Source of the DNA: Candidatus Cloacimonadota bacterium
GTDB taxonomy: Bacteria > Cloacimonadota > Cloacimonadia > Cloacimonadales > TCS61
Direction: 5' to 3'
DNA: 64,000 nucleotides
Assembly (NCBI GenBank): GCA_021734245.1
Contig: JAIPJH010000005.1
Coordinates: forward strand, 2,606-66,605
Under the pieces are notes generated by a model. The model saw only the letters and a list, made by a program, of their open reading frames with translations, ran no database searches and was not told the origin of the DNA. Position numbers and translations under genes: made by a program. Below are positions 38,057 to 46,778 of this stretch, piece by piece. Within the stretch, counting starts at the first letter, position 1. Every line of letters starts with the position of its first letter.

Positions 38057-38160
38057 CCCCCCCACTTTAATTTCTTTAATAGCATAACTTTAGCTGCGTT
38101 TTTGTTACAAATCACTTACCTCGATTGTAAATATAGTAAAAGGAGTTAATCGAGGTGAAC

Positions 38161-38349
38161 ATGAAAAGATTAAGTTTTCTTTTACTACTTGGATTCATTT
38201 TATCTGTTTCTCTATTTGGTCAACTAAATTATCCTGAAATTCCCAAAGATGATTTGGAGGATTTTGAATACACTATAATTTTCGAGGAACCAAACGGTAC
38301 ATACAAAATCGTGGTTGTAGGCGATGTTACATACATTGTTTACTATTAA
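38161..38349 (+). CDS. small secreted protein
   Basis: 62 aa with signal peptide MKRLSFLLLLGFILSVSLFG; GAGG upstream of the ATG. Confidence 0.45.
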   Translation: MKRLSFLLLLGFILSVSLFGQLNYPEIPKDDLEDFEYTIIFEEPNGTYKIVVVGDVTYIVYY

Positions 38350-38379
38350 ATCAGAAGGGGGGAAAACAAAGGAGTTCAA

Positions 38380-38709
38380 ATGAAAAAGATCACATTCTTC
38401 TTGCTAATGACTTTTGCCTTAAGCTTAGTTTATTCAAATTGTTTTGGATTAGTTATTTATGTTCAATATACTAATTCTGTACAACAAGTAACGATTGAAT
38501 CTTCAAATGGATGGTCAGCTACACAACCAGGTTCACAAGGTACAACAACTTTCTATAATGTACCAACAAGTGTACAGGGTACTTATATCACTGCAACACA
38601 GGGCACATTATCAGGTGGGGCAATGTTTCCTTATCTGACGTATGAAATTACCATTACATTAGATGATGGCTCTGAGCCAGAGCCAGATCCTGAACCAAAT
38701 AATGATTAA
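38380..38709 (+). CDS. small secreted protein with an acidic PE-rich tail
   Basis: 109 aa, AAGGAG RBS, signal peptide MKKITFFLLMTFALSLVYS, C-terminal DDGSEPEPDPEPNND. Confidence 0.6.
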   Translation: MKKITFFLLMTFALSLVYSNCFGLVIYVQYTNSVQQVTIESSNGWSATQPGSQGTTTFYNVPTSVQGTYITATQGTLSGGAMFPYLTYEITITLDDGSEPEPDPEPNND

Positions 38710-38785
38710 ATAAATGAAACTCCCCTTCTGTTTTAAAAAGTTTAATGTTTGACAAAAAAATCAGTCATAAATTTAGGTAGGTTTT

Positions 38786-41035
38786 ATGAAGCAGAAATTT
38801 ATTTTTTTCTTATTGCAAATGGTAGTTGCAAATATTTATACAACCGAACTCACTTTGGATCATGTTCTTGATTTTGGTGTAACCGGTAATTACCAGAATT
38901 TTGATGGTGAGATTGACTTCCCTTATCTTTATACTTTTTCCACTTATGCATTTGAAGTATATTCCATTAGTGAAGAAAACGGTGAATTATCAGAAATCTC
39001 GAAACTTCCATTATCAGGTGAGATCAACTCAATACAGCATTTTGATAACTTTATTTTTGCAGCAACTGTTGATCAGGAATATGAAATGATTTCAACTTTG
39101 TATAAAATTGACATAACAGATCCTTATCAATTGCAAATCGTTGATTCAGTTAATCGAAATTACGAAGTATGGTCATTAAAAAATTATAATGGTTTCCTTG
39201 CATATCACAAAGTAATAAACGGTTTTGTAAATGGTGTTGTGTTTCTTGATCAGTATTCTTTAAATGAGATAAACACAATAGAAATTAGCAGATTTACACA
39301 TGCAGTTAATGATACTATTATCGCATACGTTGATAGTAATCCTATTGATACAGTTGTTTTATACAATATCTCAGATGTAACCGATATTGAATACTTCTGT
39401 TCTGTCGATTTATCTGCTTCATCTTTGGGATTAGGATCCATTTATCCGTTGGGAAATGAGAAGATAGTAATGACTCCAAATACAGGTGTGTCTTTCTGGG
39501 ATATTTCTGATTTATCCAACTGGCAGTTTCTGTCAGATTATTCAACAGTGACGCCAGGTTCTAAATTTGGAGGAGTGAATAAAATCGATGATTACCTCAT
39601 AATACCCCAGCAAAATTCCGGTATTGAAGTTGTCGATATTTCCGATTATTCAAATCCGGATTTTGTGAGTTTTTGGGAATTTCCCGAATTCTTTTATTTC
39701 AATTTATACTTCAGTTTTTCTCATGTACTGTCATTTAATAGTAACTTATACTTAGGTACATTTCAGGATGGAATTTTTCATTTAGGTTTTGATAATGGTT
39801 ATATAGAATATGAAGATCGAATACTAAATGATGCTTTAAGATATACAAATTCTATTTATCACAACAACCATTTAATCACAACAAGTTATAACTATGGAAG
39901 TCAGATTTATAATGTTTCCGACATCTCTAATCCATTCAAGGTAGCAACAATACTCGATAGTTGCTATATTATTCATCAGCAAGCAGTTAGTGATAAACTA
40001 ATTATATCTTATTATGATCATGATGAATTTCAGTATATATCTCTTTTCGATATTTCTAATATGACGTCTCCAATATTATTATATGATTTTGCTCCAAATT
40101 TTGAATCTGATTTTATCATAAATCCGACTGAGAGTGATATAGTATATATTCAATATAGCTACCCGAATTATGTAATTAATAAGTATGACATATCGATTCC
40201 TGACAATCCTCAACTCGTTGCTAGTTTTGATCTACCTGAAGCCGTAGGAACAGGTTTTTTCAAGGACAACGTAGCTTATTTTCAAGCTCTGACAGGAAGC
40301 AATGATTTGTATATCTATAGCAACTTTGAGAATGATCAACCAATCTTGGAGAACTGCATAACTAACTTCGGGATAGATAATTACAGTCATCTTTCACATA
40401 TCGGACAATATTTACAATTACTAAATCTCTCATTTAATAATAGGTATTATGATTTAACTGATCCGATTAATCCATCTCTGCAATTCGTATTAGATTCACG
40501 TTCTTATTATTGGAAAATGGAAATTAAAGATGATATTTTATTTTCAGCAAAGAACTGCACATTGAGCTTATATGATTTAAGTAACAATCCGTCAGGTCAA
40601 TTACAGCCATTTGATTCGATTTTGCTAAATAGCTGGTATAGAGATTTATCTTTCGTAGAAAATGCGAATACAAATTATGCTATAGTTACACAATTAGAGT
40701 GCATTTCAATATATGAATATGAAATTCTAACTGATATTATAGATGATGAAATTTTATCCAATAACACTTCGCTCTCCAACTCTCCCAATCCCTTCAATCC
40801 ACGCACCAAAATCACATATACCATTGAAAAACCAGGAAAGATAGAATTGGACATATTCAACACTAAAGGCCAGAAAGTAAAGTCACTCATCGATAGTGAA
40901 CAACCGGTCGGTTCATATGAAATATATTGGAATGGAAAGGATTTGAATAACAAGTGTGTGGCAAGCGGCGTCTATTTCTGCACTTTGAAAACTGATAGAA
41001 ACTGTGTCTCAAAGAAGATGATCTTATTGAAATAA
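38786..41035 (+). CDS. LVIVD-repeat-like beta-propeller protein, T9SS cargo
   Basis: A repeated motif hydrophobic-x-hydrophobic-(Y/F/W)-(D/N)-(I/V)-S-(D/N)-x-x-x-P occurs at least 8 times (IEVVDISDYSNPDFV, IYNVSDISNPFKV, LFDISNMTSPILL, KYDISIPDNPQLV). C-terminal NSPNPFNPRTKITY...SGVYFCTL. Confidence 0.7.
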   Translation: MKQKFIFFLLQMVVANIYTTELTLDHVLDFGVTGNYQNFDGEIDFPYLYTFSTYAFEVYSISEENGELSEISKLPLSGEINSIQHFDNFIFAATVDQEYEMISTLYKIDITDPYQLQIVDSVNRNYEVWSLKNYNGFLAYHKVINGFVNGVVFLDQYSLNEINTIEISRFTHAVNDTIIAYVDSNPIDTVVLYNISDVTDIEYFCSVDLSASSLGLGSIYPLGNEKIVMTPNTGVSFWDISDLSNWQFLSDYSTVTPGSKFGGVNKIDDYLIIPQQNSGIEVVDISDYSNPDFVSFWEFPEFFYFNLYFSFSHVLSFNSNLYLGTFQDGIFHLGFDNGYIEYEDRILNDALRYTNSIYHNNHLITTSYNYGSQIYNVSDISNPFKVATILDSCYIIHQQAVSDKLIISYYDHDEFQYISLFDISNMTSPILLYDFAPNFESDFIINPTESDIVYIQYSYPNYVINKYDISIPDNPQLVASFDLPEAVGTGFFKDNVAYFQALTGSNDLYIYSNFENDQPILENCITNFGIDNYSHLSHIGQYLQLLNLSFNNRYYDLTDPINPSLQFVLDSRSYYWKMEIKDDILFSAKNCTLSLYDLSNNPSGQLQPFDSILLNSWYRDLSFVENANTNYAIVTQLECISIYEYEILTDIIDDEILSNNTSLSNSPNPFNPRTKITYTIEKPGKIELDIFNTKGQKVKSLIDSEQPVGSYEIYWNGKDLNNKCVASGVYFCTLKTDRNCVSKKMILLK

Positions 41036-41036
41036 A

Positions 41037-41112
41037 AACTTGTAATTGACTGTTCGCTTTTTGCTGACAGTAAACTATATAGGCTCCTGAGTTTTTCTTA
41101 GGAGCCTTTTTA
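41037..41112 (+). repeat. conserved 3' element with intrinsic terminator, copy 2
   Basis: Near-identical to 36951-37026. The terminator stem lies at 41081-41107, followed by T5. Confidence 0.9.
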
Positions 41113-41179
41113 CTTTCAGAAAAACGTTGACGCCAGATTGATTTCGATAATTGTGTTTTTTCATAAATTGGAGGGTTGT

Positions 41180-41575
41180 GTGAATTTAAACCAAAAGATA
41201 AGGGTTATGATCGCAAAACCTGGTTTGGATGGACATGATAGAGGAGCCAAATACATAGCCAGAGCTTTGCGTGATGCCGGTATGGAAGTAATTTATACCG
41301 GAATTCGCCAAACTCCAAAGCAAATAGTGAATGCTGCCATTCAGGAAGATGTAAAATTCCTCGGACTTAGTTTACTTTCGGGAGCTCATAATTTTTTGTT
41401 CCCGAAAATCGCTGAAATGATCCAGGATAAAGTTGGAGATGAAATCATTTTATTTGGTGGTGGAGTTATTCCCGAAGAAGATATACACAGCCTGAAGAAA
41501 TCAGGTTTTAAAGCAATATTCACCCCTGGTGCTTCGTCTCAGGAAGTTATAGATTTCGTACAAAATTTTAGTTAG
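41180..41575 (+). CDS. cobalamin (B12)-binding domain protein, methylmalonyl-CoA mutase small-subunit type
   Basis: [35 protein letters not shown] (DxHxxG motif), SLLSGAH and GGGVIP. GTG start after GGAGGG; an alternative ATG lies at 41207. Confidence 0.8.
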   Translation: MNLNQKIRVMIAKPGLDGHDRGAKYIARALRDAGMEVIYTGIRQTPKQIVNAAIQEDVKFLGLSLLSGAHNFLFPKIAEMIQDKVGDEIILFGGGVIPEEDIHSLKKSGFKAIFTPGASSQEVIDFVQNFS

Positions 41576-41584
41576 GGAAGTATT

Positions 41585-42862
41585 ATGAAACCCGGAAAAA
41601 CTTATGTAAACAGCAGCGAAACAGTTTTATTAACTATTTCAGAAGATAATTTTGCTGCTTATCTCACGTTTAAAGAAACACCGGTATTCATCGATGAAAA
41701 TGAAATATTGAAGCTTTTGAAACAGGCAAATATATCTCACGGCTATTCAGCAGCCATCAAATATAATAATCAGCGAAAACTGGAAAAAGAAGCCGGCAAA
41801 CCGTTTTTGATAGCAATGGGAACTAATCCAAATTCCAAGCCGGAAATATCACTACTATTTGACCGCGCAAAATGCTTTGATCCAGATTCTTCCTTCAGTG
41901 TTTTCGAAATGGAGCAATTCGTTTCAATCGAAAAAGGACAACCTTTAGCAGAAGTTTCTGTAGCTTTATCCAGCCAGTCTGGAAAAGATATCTTTGGAAA
42001 TGACGTCACAAAATTCAGCAAACATGATACATCAGTTTACAACTATATTGGAAAGGATATAAAGTTTGATAATGAAACAAACCAGCTGATCGCTATGAAA
42101 TCCGGTTATCCATACATCGACAGCTCTCAAAAGATCCAGATAAAATCTGACTTTTACATCAATGAAGACCTGGAAAACGTTGATCTGAAACTACATGGTG
42201 ATCTGGTTATAAATGGTGTAGTTTACAAATCGAATTTGAATATTTCTGGTGATCTGATGATCTATGGTGATATCGAAGATTGTAGGGATTATGGCATTTT
42301 TGTTACTGGTGATGTTACAATGGATTTTGCTGAGAATGCTCGTATCGTTAGTGGAGGGCAGATCAAATTCCACAACGAAGTGGAAAATTGTTTATTGAGT
42401 GCCAGCGAAGGCATCTGGGGAGAAGAAAACAGTGCAGTTATTGGTGGGATGCTGCAATCTGCAAACTCGATTTCATTATACAGTATCGGCTCCGAAAATC
42501 CCGTTATCACAGAAGTTGAAATTGCGCTTTCCACATATACAAAAGAACTGCTGAAAAGAGAAGAATTCAAGCTTAATCAACTAATTATAAACACTCCGAA
42601 AAAACAAGATCCTGATGAGAAACTGGTTCAAGATTATAACAATAAGATCAAATTCCTGGAAGAAAAATATACCAAAGAGATCGAAGAAGCAATAAAAAAA
42701 CCACCCAAACGTTATAAAATCAGCGTGATAAAAGAGGTTTATCCTGAAACATTATTCCGCATTTTAAATCATTCTTCCAAAGTAAAAAGCGAAAAAGGAA
42801 AGATGATTTTTACCTTTATTGATAACGAAATGGTAATTAATAAGGTTGACAAATATGTGTAA
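41585..42862 (+). CDS. FapA family (DUF342) protein
   Basis: 425 aa with a central beta-helix-like repeat region (GDLVINGVV.KSNLNISGDLMIYGDIE...VTGDVTMDF.ENARIVSGGQIKF) followed by a C-terminal coiled coil, as in DUF342. Confidence 0.55.
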   Translation: MKPGKTYVNSSETVLLTISEDNFAAYLTFKETPVFIDENEILKLLKQANISHGYSAAIKYNNQRKLEKEAGKPFLIAMGTNPNSKPEISLLFDRAKCFDPDSSFSVFEMEQFVSIEKGQPLAEVSVALSSQSGKDIFGNDVTKFSKHDTSVYNYIGKDIKFDNETNQLIAMKSGYPYIDSSQKIQIKSDFYINEDLENVDLKLHGDLVINGVVYKSNLNISGDLMIYGDIEDCRDYGIFVTGDVTMDFAENARIVSGGQIKFHNEVENCLLSASEGIWGEENSAVIGGMLQSANSISLYSIGSENPVITEVEIALSTYTKELLKREEFKLNQLIINTPKKQDPDEKLVQDYNNKIKFLEEKYTKEIEEAIKKPPKRYKISVIKEVYPETLFRILNHSSKVKSEKGKMIFTFIDNEMVINKVDKYV

Positions 42863-42963
42863 TATAAATTTATTGTATAAAAAATTAAGAAGAAGGTATT
42901 TTCATAGTGGTGTGGAAAGAAAATGAGATCATAATTTATAAAAATTTCGCTAATTATAGACGA

Positions 42964-42997
42964 AAGCATTTACCTGCCCCGGTAGATGCTTTTTTTT
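42964..42997 (+). terminator. intrinsic terminator
   Basis: 11-bp stem AAGCATTTACC/GGTAGATGCTT (one G-U pair), loop TGCCCC, then a T-run. Confidence 0.85.
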
Positions 42998-43049
42998 ATT
43001 TTCAGCAGAATTTCATGTTTTCATGCGAACTATTTTTAGGAGATTATAA

Positions 43050-43760
43050 ATGAGTAAGAAATTGGACATTTTGATCGAGATGCAGAAATGCGACGACATC
43101 ATCGGAGAAAAAGAAAGTCTGATGCAAAGCCTTCCAGAAGAATTGAGCAGCCTGAAGGAAAATTTGGCAGTTGCAAATGCACAATTGGAAGACACACAAA
43201 AATTATTGGATGAAAACCTGAAGAACCAGAAGTTAAAAGAACTTGAAATAAAAAGCAACAAAGAAAAGATTGATAAGTATAAAAATCAACTTCTCACAAT
43301 CCAGACCAACAAAGAATACAAAGCTTTGAACAGTGAAGTCAGCCATCTGGAAAACAAAAATACAGGAATCGATGATGAGATAATCGAACTCATGGAAGCA
43401 GAAGCCAATTTGCGAAACCAGGTAAAAGATGAACAGGAAATTCAGAACAAAGCTCAGACCGAACTCAATGCAAACGAAGAAAAACTGAAGAAAAAGATCA
43501 TAGAAGTAGAGAAAGAGATCGATGAGATAAGAGCTCAACGAAATGAAATGGCAACCGAGCTTCCTAAATCTGTTGTAAAAAGATATGCAGCTCTTATCAA
43601 AAATAAAAATAGAAAAGCTGTTGTTTTTGAAGTAAACGGCAGTTGCAGCGGTTGTCATTATGTTATCCGCCCACAGCTTATTATCGAAATCAAAAATCGT
43701 AAGCACGTGGTAACTTGTGAAAGTTGTGGAAGAATGCTGGTTGCAAAACCAGAAAATTGA
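43050..43760 (+). CDS. zinc-ribbon coiled-coil protein (COG1579 / DUF164-like)
   Basis: Long coiled coil with KEYKALNSEV and a C-terminal C4 ribbon CSGCHYVI...CESCGRML. Confidence 0.8.
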   Translation: MSKKLDILIEMQKCDDIIGEKESLMQSLPEELSSLKENLAVANAQLEDTQKLLDENLKNQKLKELEIKSNKEKIDKYKNQLLTIQTNKEYKALNSEVSHLENKNTGIDDEIIELMEAEANLRNQVKDEQEIQNKAQTELNANEEKLKKKIIEVEKEIDEIRAQRNEMATELPKSVVKRYAALIKNKNRKAVVFEVNGSCSGCHYVIRPQLIIEIKNRKHVVTCESCGRMLVAKPEN

Positions 43761-43779
43761 TTATTATAAATAAATAAGT

Positions 43780-44198
43780 GTCAAAGAGGATAAAGTGTCT
43801 GTCTCAGCACCTAATTTGAAGTTTTTGAATTCAAAAACTTCAAATTAGGTGCTGGGGAGGAAAGTCCGAACACCAAAGGGCAGGATACTTTCTAACTGAA
43901 AGTCCCGGCAACGGGAAGCCAGCTCCACAGAAACAAACCGTCTCGAATTTTCGAGACAAGGGTGAAATGGTGGTGTAAGAGACCACCAGATCTCGATGTG
44001 AATCGAGATGCTCGGAAAGCCTTATCCGGTGCAATGCCAAATAGGAAAGCAATGAATCGGCCCGATTCGCTTTCGGGTAGGCAGCTAAAATCGGTCGCTT
44101 GCGAATCCATTTGGATATAGCAATATCCGATTTAGAGAAATAGACGCTCTATCACTTGTTAGGTGATAAACAGAATTCGGCTTAATATCTTCTTTGAC
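43780..44198 (+). ncRNA. rnpB: RNase P RNA, bacterial type A
   Basis: GGGGAGGAAAGTCCGAACAC (P4), CACAGAAACAAACCGTC, AGGGTGAAATGGTGGTGTAAGAGACCACC, GGGTAGGCAGCTAAA and ACAGAATTCGGCTTA. P1 pairs GTCAAAGAGGATA (43780-43792) with TATCTTCTTTGAC (44186-44198). Confidence 0.9.
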
Positions 44199-44236
44199 AC
44201 AGTAATATTGTAAAAAAGAAAAAAAAGGATAGATCA

Positions 44237-45955
44237 ATGCAAAAAAGGTGGCAGATTTCTGAGCCTTTGACGGAAGAACAATTAGTACACAAAAATAAAA
44301 TTATCGAAGAAATCAAATGCCCGGAATTGATAGCAGAAATGCTGATCCGCCGAGAAACAATTGATATTGAAAGGATCAAATCATTTTTCAATCCCAACCT
44401 GGATGATGTTCACGATCCATTTATTTTCCCCGATATGGAAAAAGCCGTAAACAGAATTATCGAAGCTATCCAAAATAAAGAATTAATAACTATTTATGGT
44501 GATTATGATGTGGATGGAACTACTTCCACTTCCATGCTTTACCTCGGTCTAAAAAAAATTGGTGCCAACATCGATTTTTATATTCCTCACCGCATGATAG
44601 ACGGTTATGGACTTTCTCTCAGTGGAGTAGATCAGATCAAAGAAAACGGCACAGAACTTATTATCAGCGTAGATTGCGGCATCAATGCTATCGAAGAAGT
44701 TGATCAGATAAATGCTCTTGATATCGATATTATCGTAACCGATCATCACAATCCCAAGGAAATTTTACCGAAAGCTTATGCCATTATCAATCCCAAAATG
44801 GAAGAAAGTGGCTATCCCTTCAAAGAACTAGCTGGAGTGGGAGTCGCTTATAAACTCCTGGTAGCGGTTTACACAAAATTGAATTTGGATACAAGCGATT
44901 TGATTGATAAATATGTAGATCTGGTTGCACTTGGCACGATCGCTGATATCGTTCCTTTGGTTGGAGAAAATCGTATTTTTGCCAGCATCGGTCTTAAACG
45001 TCTGATAGAAAAGCATAATATAGGTTTGAATGCTCTTATCAACATTGCCGGGCTTTCTCACAAAGAATTAAATTCCAGTGATATTGTTTTTGGGATCGCT
45101 CCACGCATAAATGCTGCCGGAAGAATGGGAAGCGCTCTACGGGCTGTGGAGTTGATGGTTTCTGTCGATGAAGAAGAAAGTGAAGAACTTGCTCAAATAA
45201 TTGAACGAGAAAATTCCATACGACAGCAGATTGATCAAAGAACTTTCCAGGAAGCCTGCGACATAATTGAAAAGAAATATAAAAACATGGATGAGAATTC
45301 TCTGATAGTAGTTTCTTCGGATGGCTGGCATCCAGGAGTTATTGGAATTGTAGCTTCCAAACTGGTAGAAAAATATTACAAACCAACTATCATGATAAGC
45401 TTTAAAGACGGCGTGGGAAGTGGTTCGGGAAGAAGTATTTCCGGGTTCAATTTATTCGACGCCCTGCAATCTGTAGAAGGCTATCTGGAAACTTTCGGTG
45501 GTCATAAATATGCTGCCGGTCTTTCAGTTTTGATGGAATATCTGGATATTCTGGAGAACAAACTTTCCAAATATGTGAATGAAAATGTAACTCCAGATCA
45601 GCTGATTCCACCTCTAAAGATCGAATCTTCATTGGAACTTTACGAGATAAATGAAAACCTGCTGGAATGGATGAACAAATTTGCTCCCTTCGGACCGGGA
45701 AATATGCGTCCAACCTTCTTCACAGAAAGAGTCATGATAATTGGTTTTCCTTATAATGTTGGAAAAAATCATCTCAAACTAAAAGTGATGAAAGACGGTT
45801 GCACACTCGATCTTATCGGCTTTAATCTGGGTGATTTTCTACCTTTCCTCAAAAAAGGTTCTCTGGTTGATATTGCCTATTCATTGGAATTTAACACCTG
45901 GCAGGGCAGAACCACCATCCAAGGAAAACTGAAAGATATTAAATTCGTAGAATAA
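44237..45955 (+). CDS. recJ: single-stranded-DNA-specific exonuclease RecJ
   Basis: DHH motifs YGDYDVDGTTS, DCGI and VTDHH, plus the DHHA1 motif GGHKYAAG. Confidence 0.95.
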   Translation: MQKRWQISEPLTEEQLVHKNKIIEEIKCPELIAEMLIRRETIDIERIKSFFNPNLDDVHDPFIFPDMEKAVNRIIEAIQNKELITIYGDYDVDGTTSTSMLYLGLKKIGANIDFYIPHRMIDGYGLSLSGVDQIKENGTELIISVDCGINAIEEVDQINALDIDIIVTDHHNPKEILPKAYAIINPKMEESGYPFKELAGVGVAYKLLVAVYTKLNLDTSDLIDKYVDLVALGTIADIVPLVGENRIFASIGLKRLIEKHNIGLNALINIAGLSHKELNSSDIVFGIAPRINAAGRMGSALRAVELMVSVDEEESEELAQIIERENSIRQQIDQRTFQEACDIIEKKYKNMDENSLIVVSSDGWHPGVIGIVASKLVEKYYKPTIMISFKDGVGSGSGRSISGFNLFDALQSVEGYLETFGGHKYAAGLSVLMEYLDILENKLSKYVNENVTPDQLIPPLKIESSLELYEINENLLEWMNKFAPFGPGNMRPTFFTERVMIIGFPYNVGKNHLKLKVMKDGCTLDLIGFNLGDFLPFLKKGSLVDIAYSLEFNTWQGRTTIQGKLKDIKFVE

Positions 45956-45959
45956 GATC

Positions 45960-46778
45960 ATGAAACCTGTTCATATTCTATTGCTATTTATTTTTGTTCT
46001 TGCATCATGCTCAGAAATTCAGTTACAGCAAAATTATGTTCCCGTCAGCTTTGAAACTATTATAGAAATTTATCCCGATTTCACTCCACAAAAATGCCTC
46101 TATTCTTCTACTTACAAAACTGCTTTCGTACAGGAAAAAGGTAATAATTTGATCCATATTTATAAATATGGCAAACGTGTAAATACGATCGGTGGAATGG
46201 GTTTTGACCAAGTAAATTTCAGCAATCTATCTGACATTACTTTAGCTCCAGACGGCAGTCTTCTGGCTTTGGATAGTTTTGCCAAAAAAATTAAAAAATT
46301 TGATGATGAAGGAAAATTTATTACTGAATTTTCTTTGAATAATTTCGTTGAGCCTGTGCTTTTTGATGTTGCTCTGGATGAAACTTTCTACATTTACGAT
46401 CGCTCCCGAAATGAAATCGTTTCTACCAATTTATTCACTTCCGCCGATGATTTTCAGTTTGGTAGTTTTCAACTTCTTAAAACACCTTCAAACCTGATTT
46501 TAAATAACAATCAAATAATTATTAACGACAAAGAAAATAATGTCACACTCATCTTTGATAATTTTGGACAGAAACAAACTGAACTAACTGGTTATTATCA
46601 AATTCAAAGACAACAGAAATTTTTGTTGGAACCATATTATATTCAGCATTTACAAAGTGAATCTCGTTTTTGCATTTCCGTGCAAAAGTGGCGGAAATTT
46701 CATCAAAAAAATGGTTTTACGATTTTAGTGGGAAAATCTAAAATCCTGATAGGTAAGCTGCAATATGAAATTCGCTAA
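45960..46778 (+). CDS. hypothetical lipoprotein
   Basis: Lipobox-like FVLASCS. The remainder was not recognised (possibly beta-propeller/NHL-like). Confidence 0.5.
   Translation: MKPVHILLLFIFVLASCSEIQLQQNYVPVSFETIIEIYPDFTPQKCLYSSTYKTAFVQEKGNNLIHIYKYGKRVNTIGGMGFDQVNFSNLSDITLAPDGSLLALDSFAKKIKKFDDEGKFITEFSLNNFVEPVLFDVALDETFYIYDRSRNEIVSTNLFTSADDFQFGSFQLLKTPSNLILNNNQIIINDKENNVTLIFDNFGQKQTELTGYYQIQRQQKFLLEPYYIQHLQSESRFCISVQKWRKFHQKNGFTILVGKSKILIGKLQYEIR

Noticed and set aside
38118-38156. 9-bp stem ACCTCGATT/AATCGAGGT enclosing the RBS region of the small secreted protein gene, as a possible translational control hairpin.
   Set aside because: The stem length is at chance level for 64 kb, and I could not identify conservation or a second supporting feature. 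It is mentioned only as a possibility.
41036-41179. A cobalamin riboswitch upstream of the B12-binding domain gene.
   Set aside because: The spacer is occupied by the conserved 3' element and terminator of the upstream gene. I saw no B12-box-like sequence.
43840-44110. Two minus-strand ORFs (43840..44052 and 43892..44110) in the ORF track.
   Set aside because: They lie entirely antisense within the RNase P RNA gene, whose conserved P4, J11/12 and P15 sequence blocks are unambiguous on the plus strand. They are spurious ORFs.
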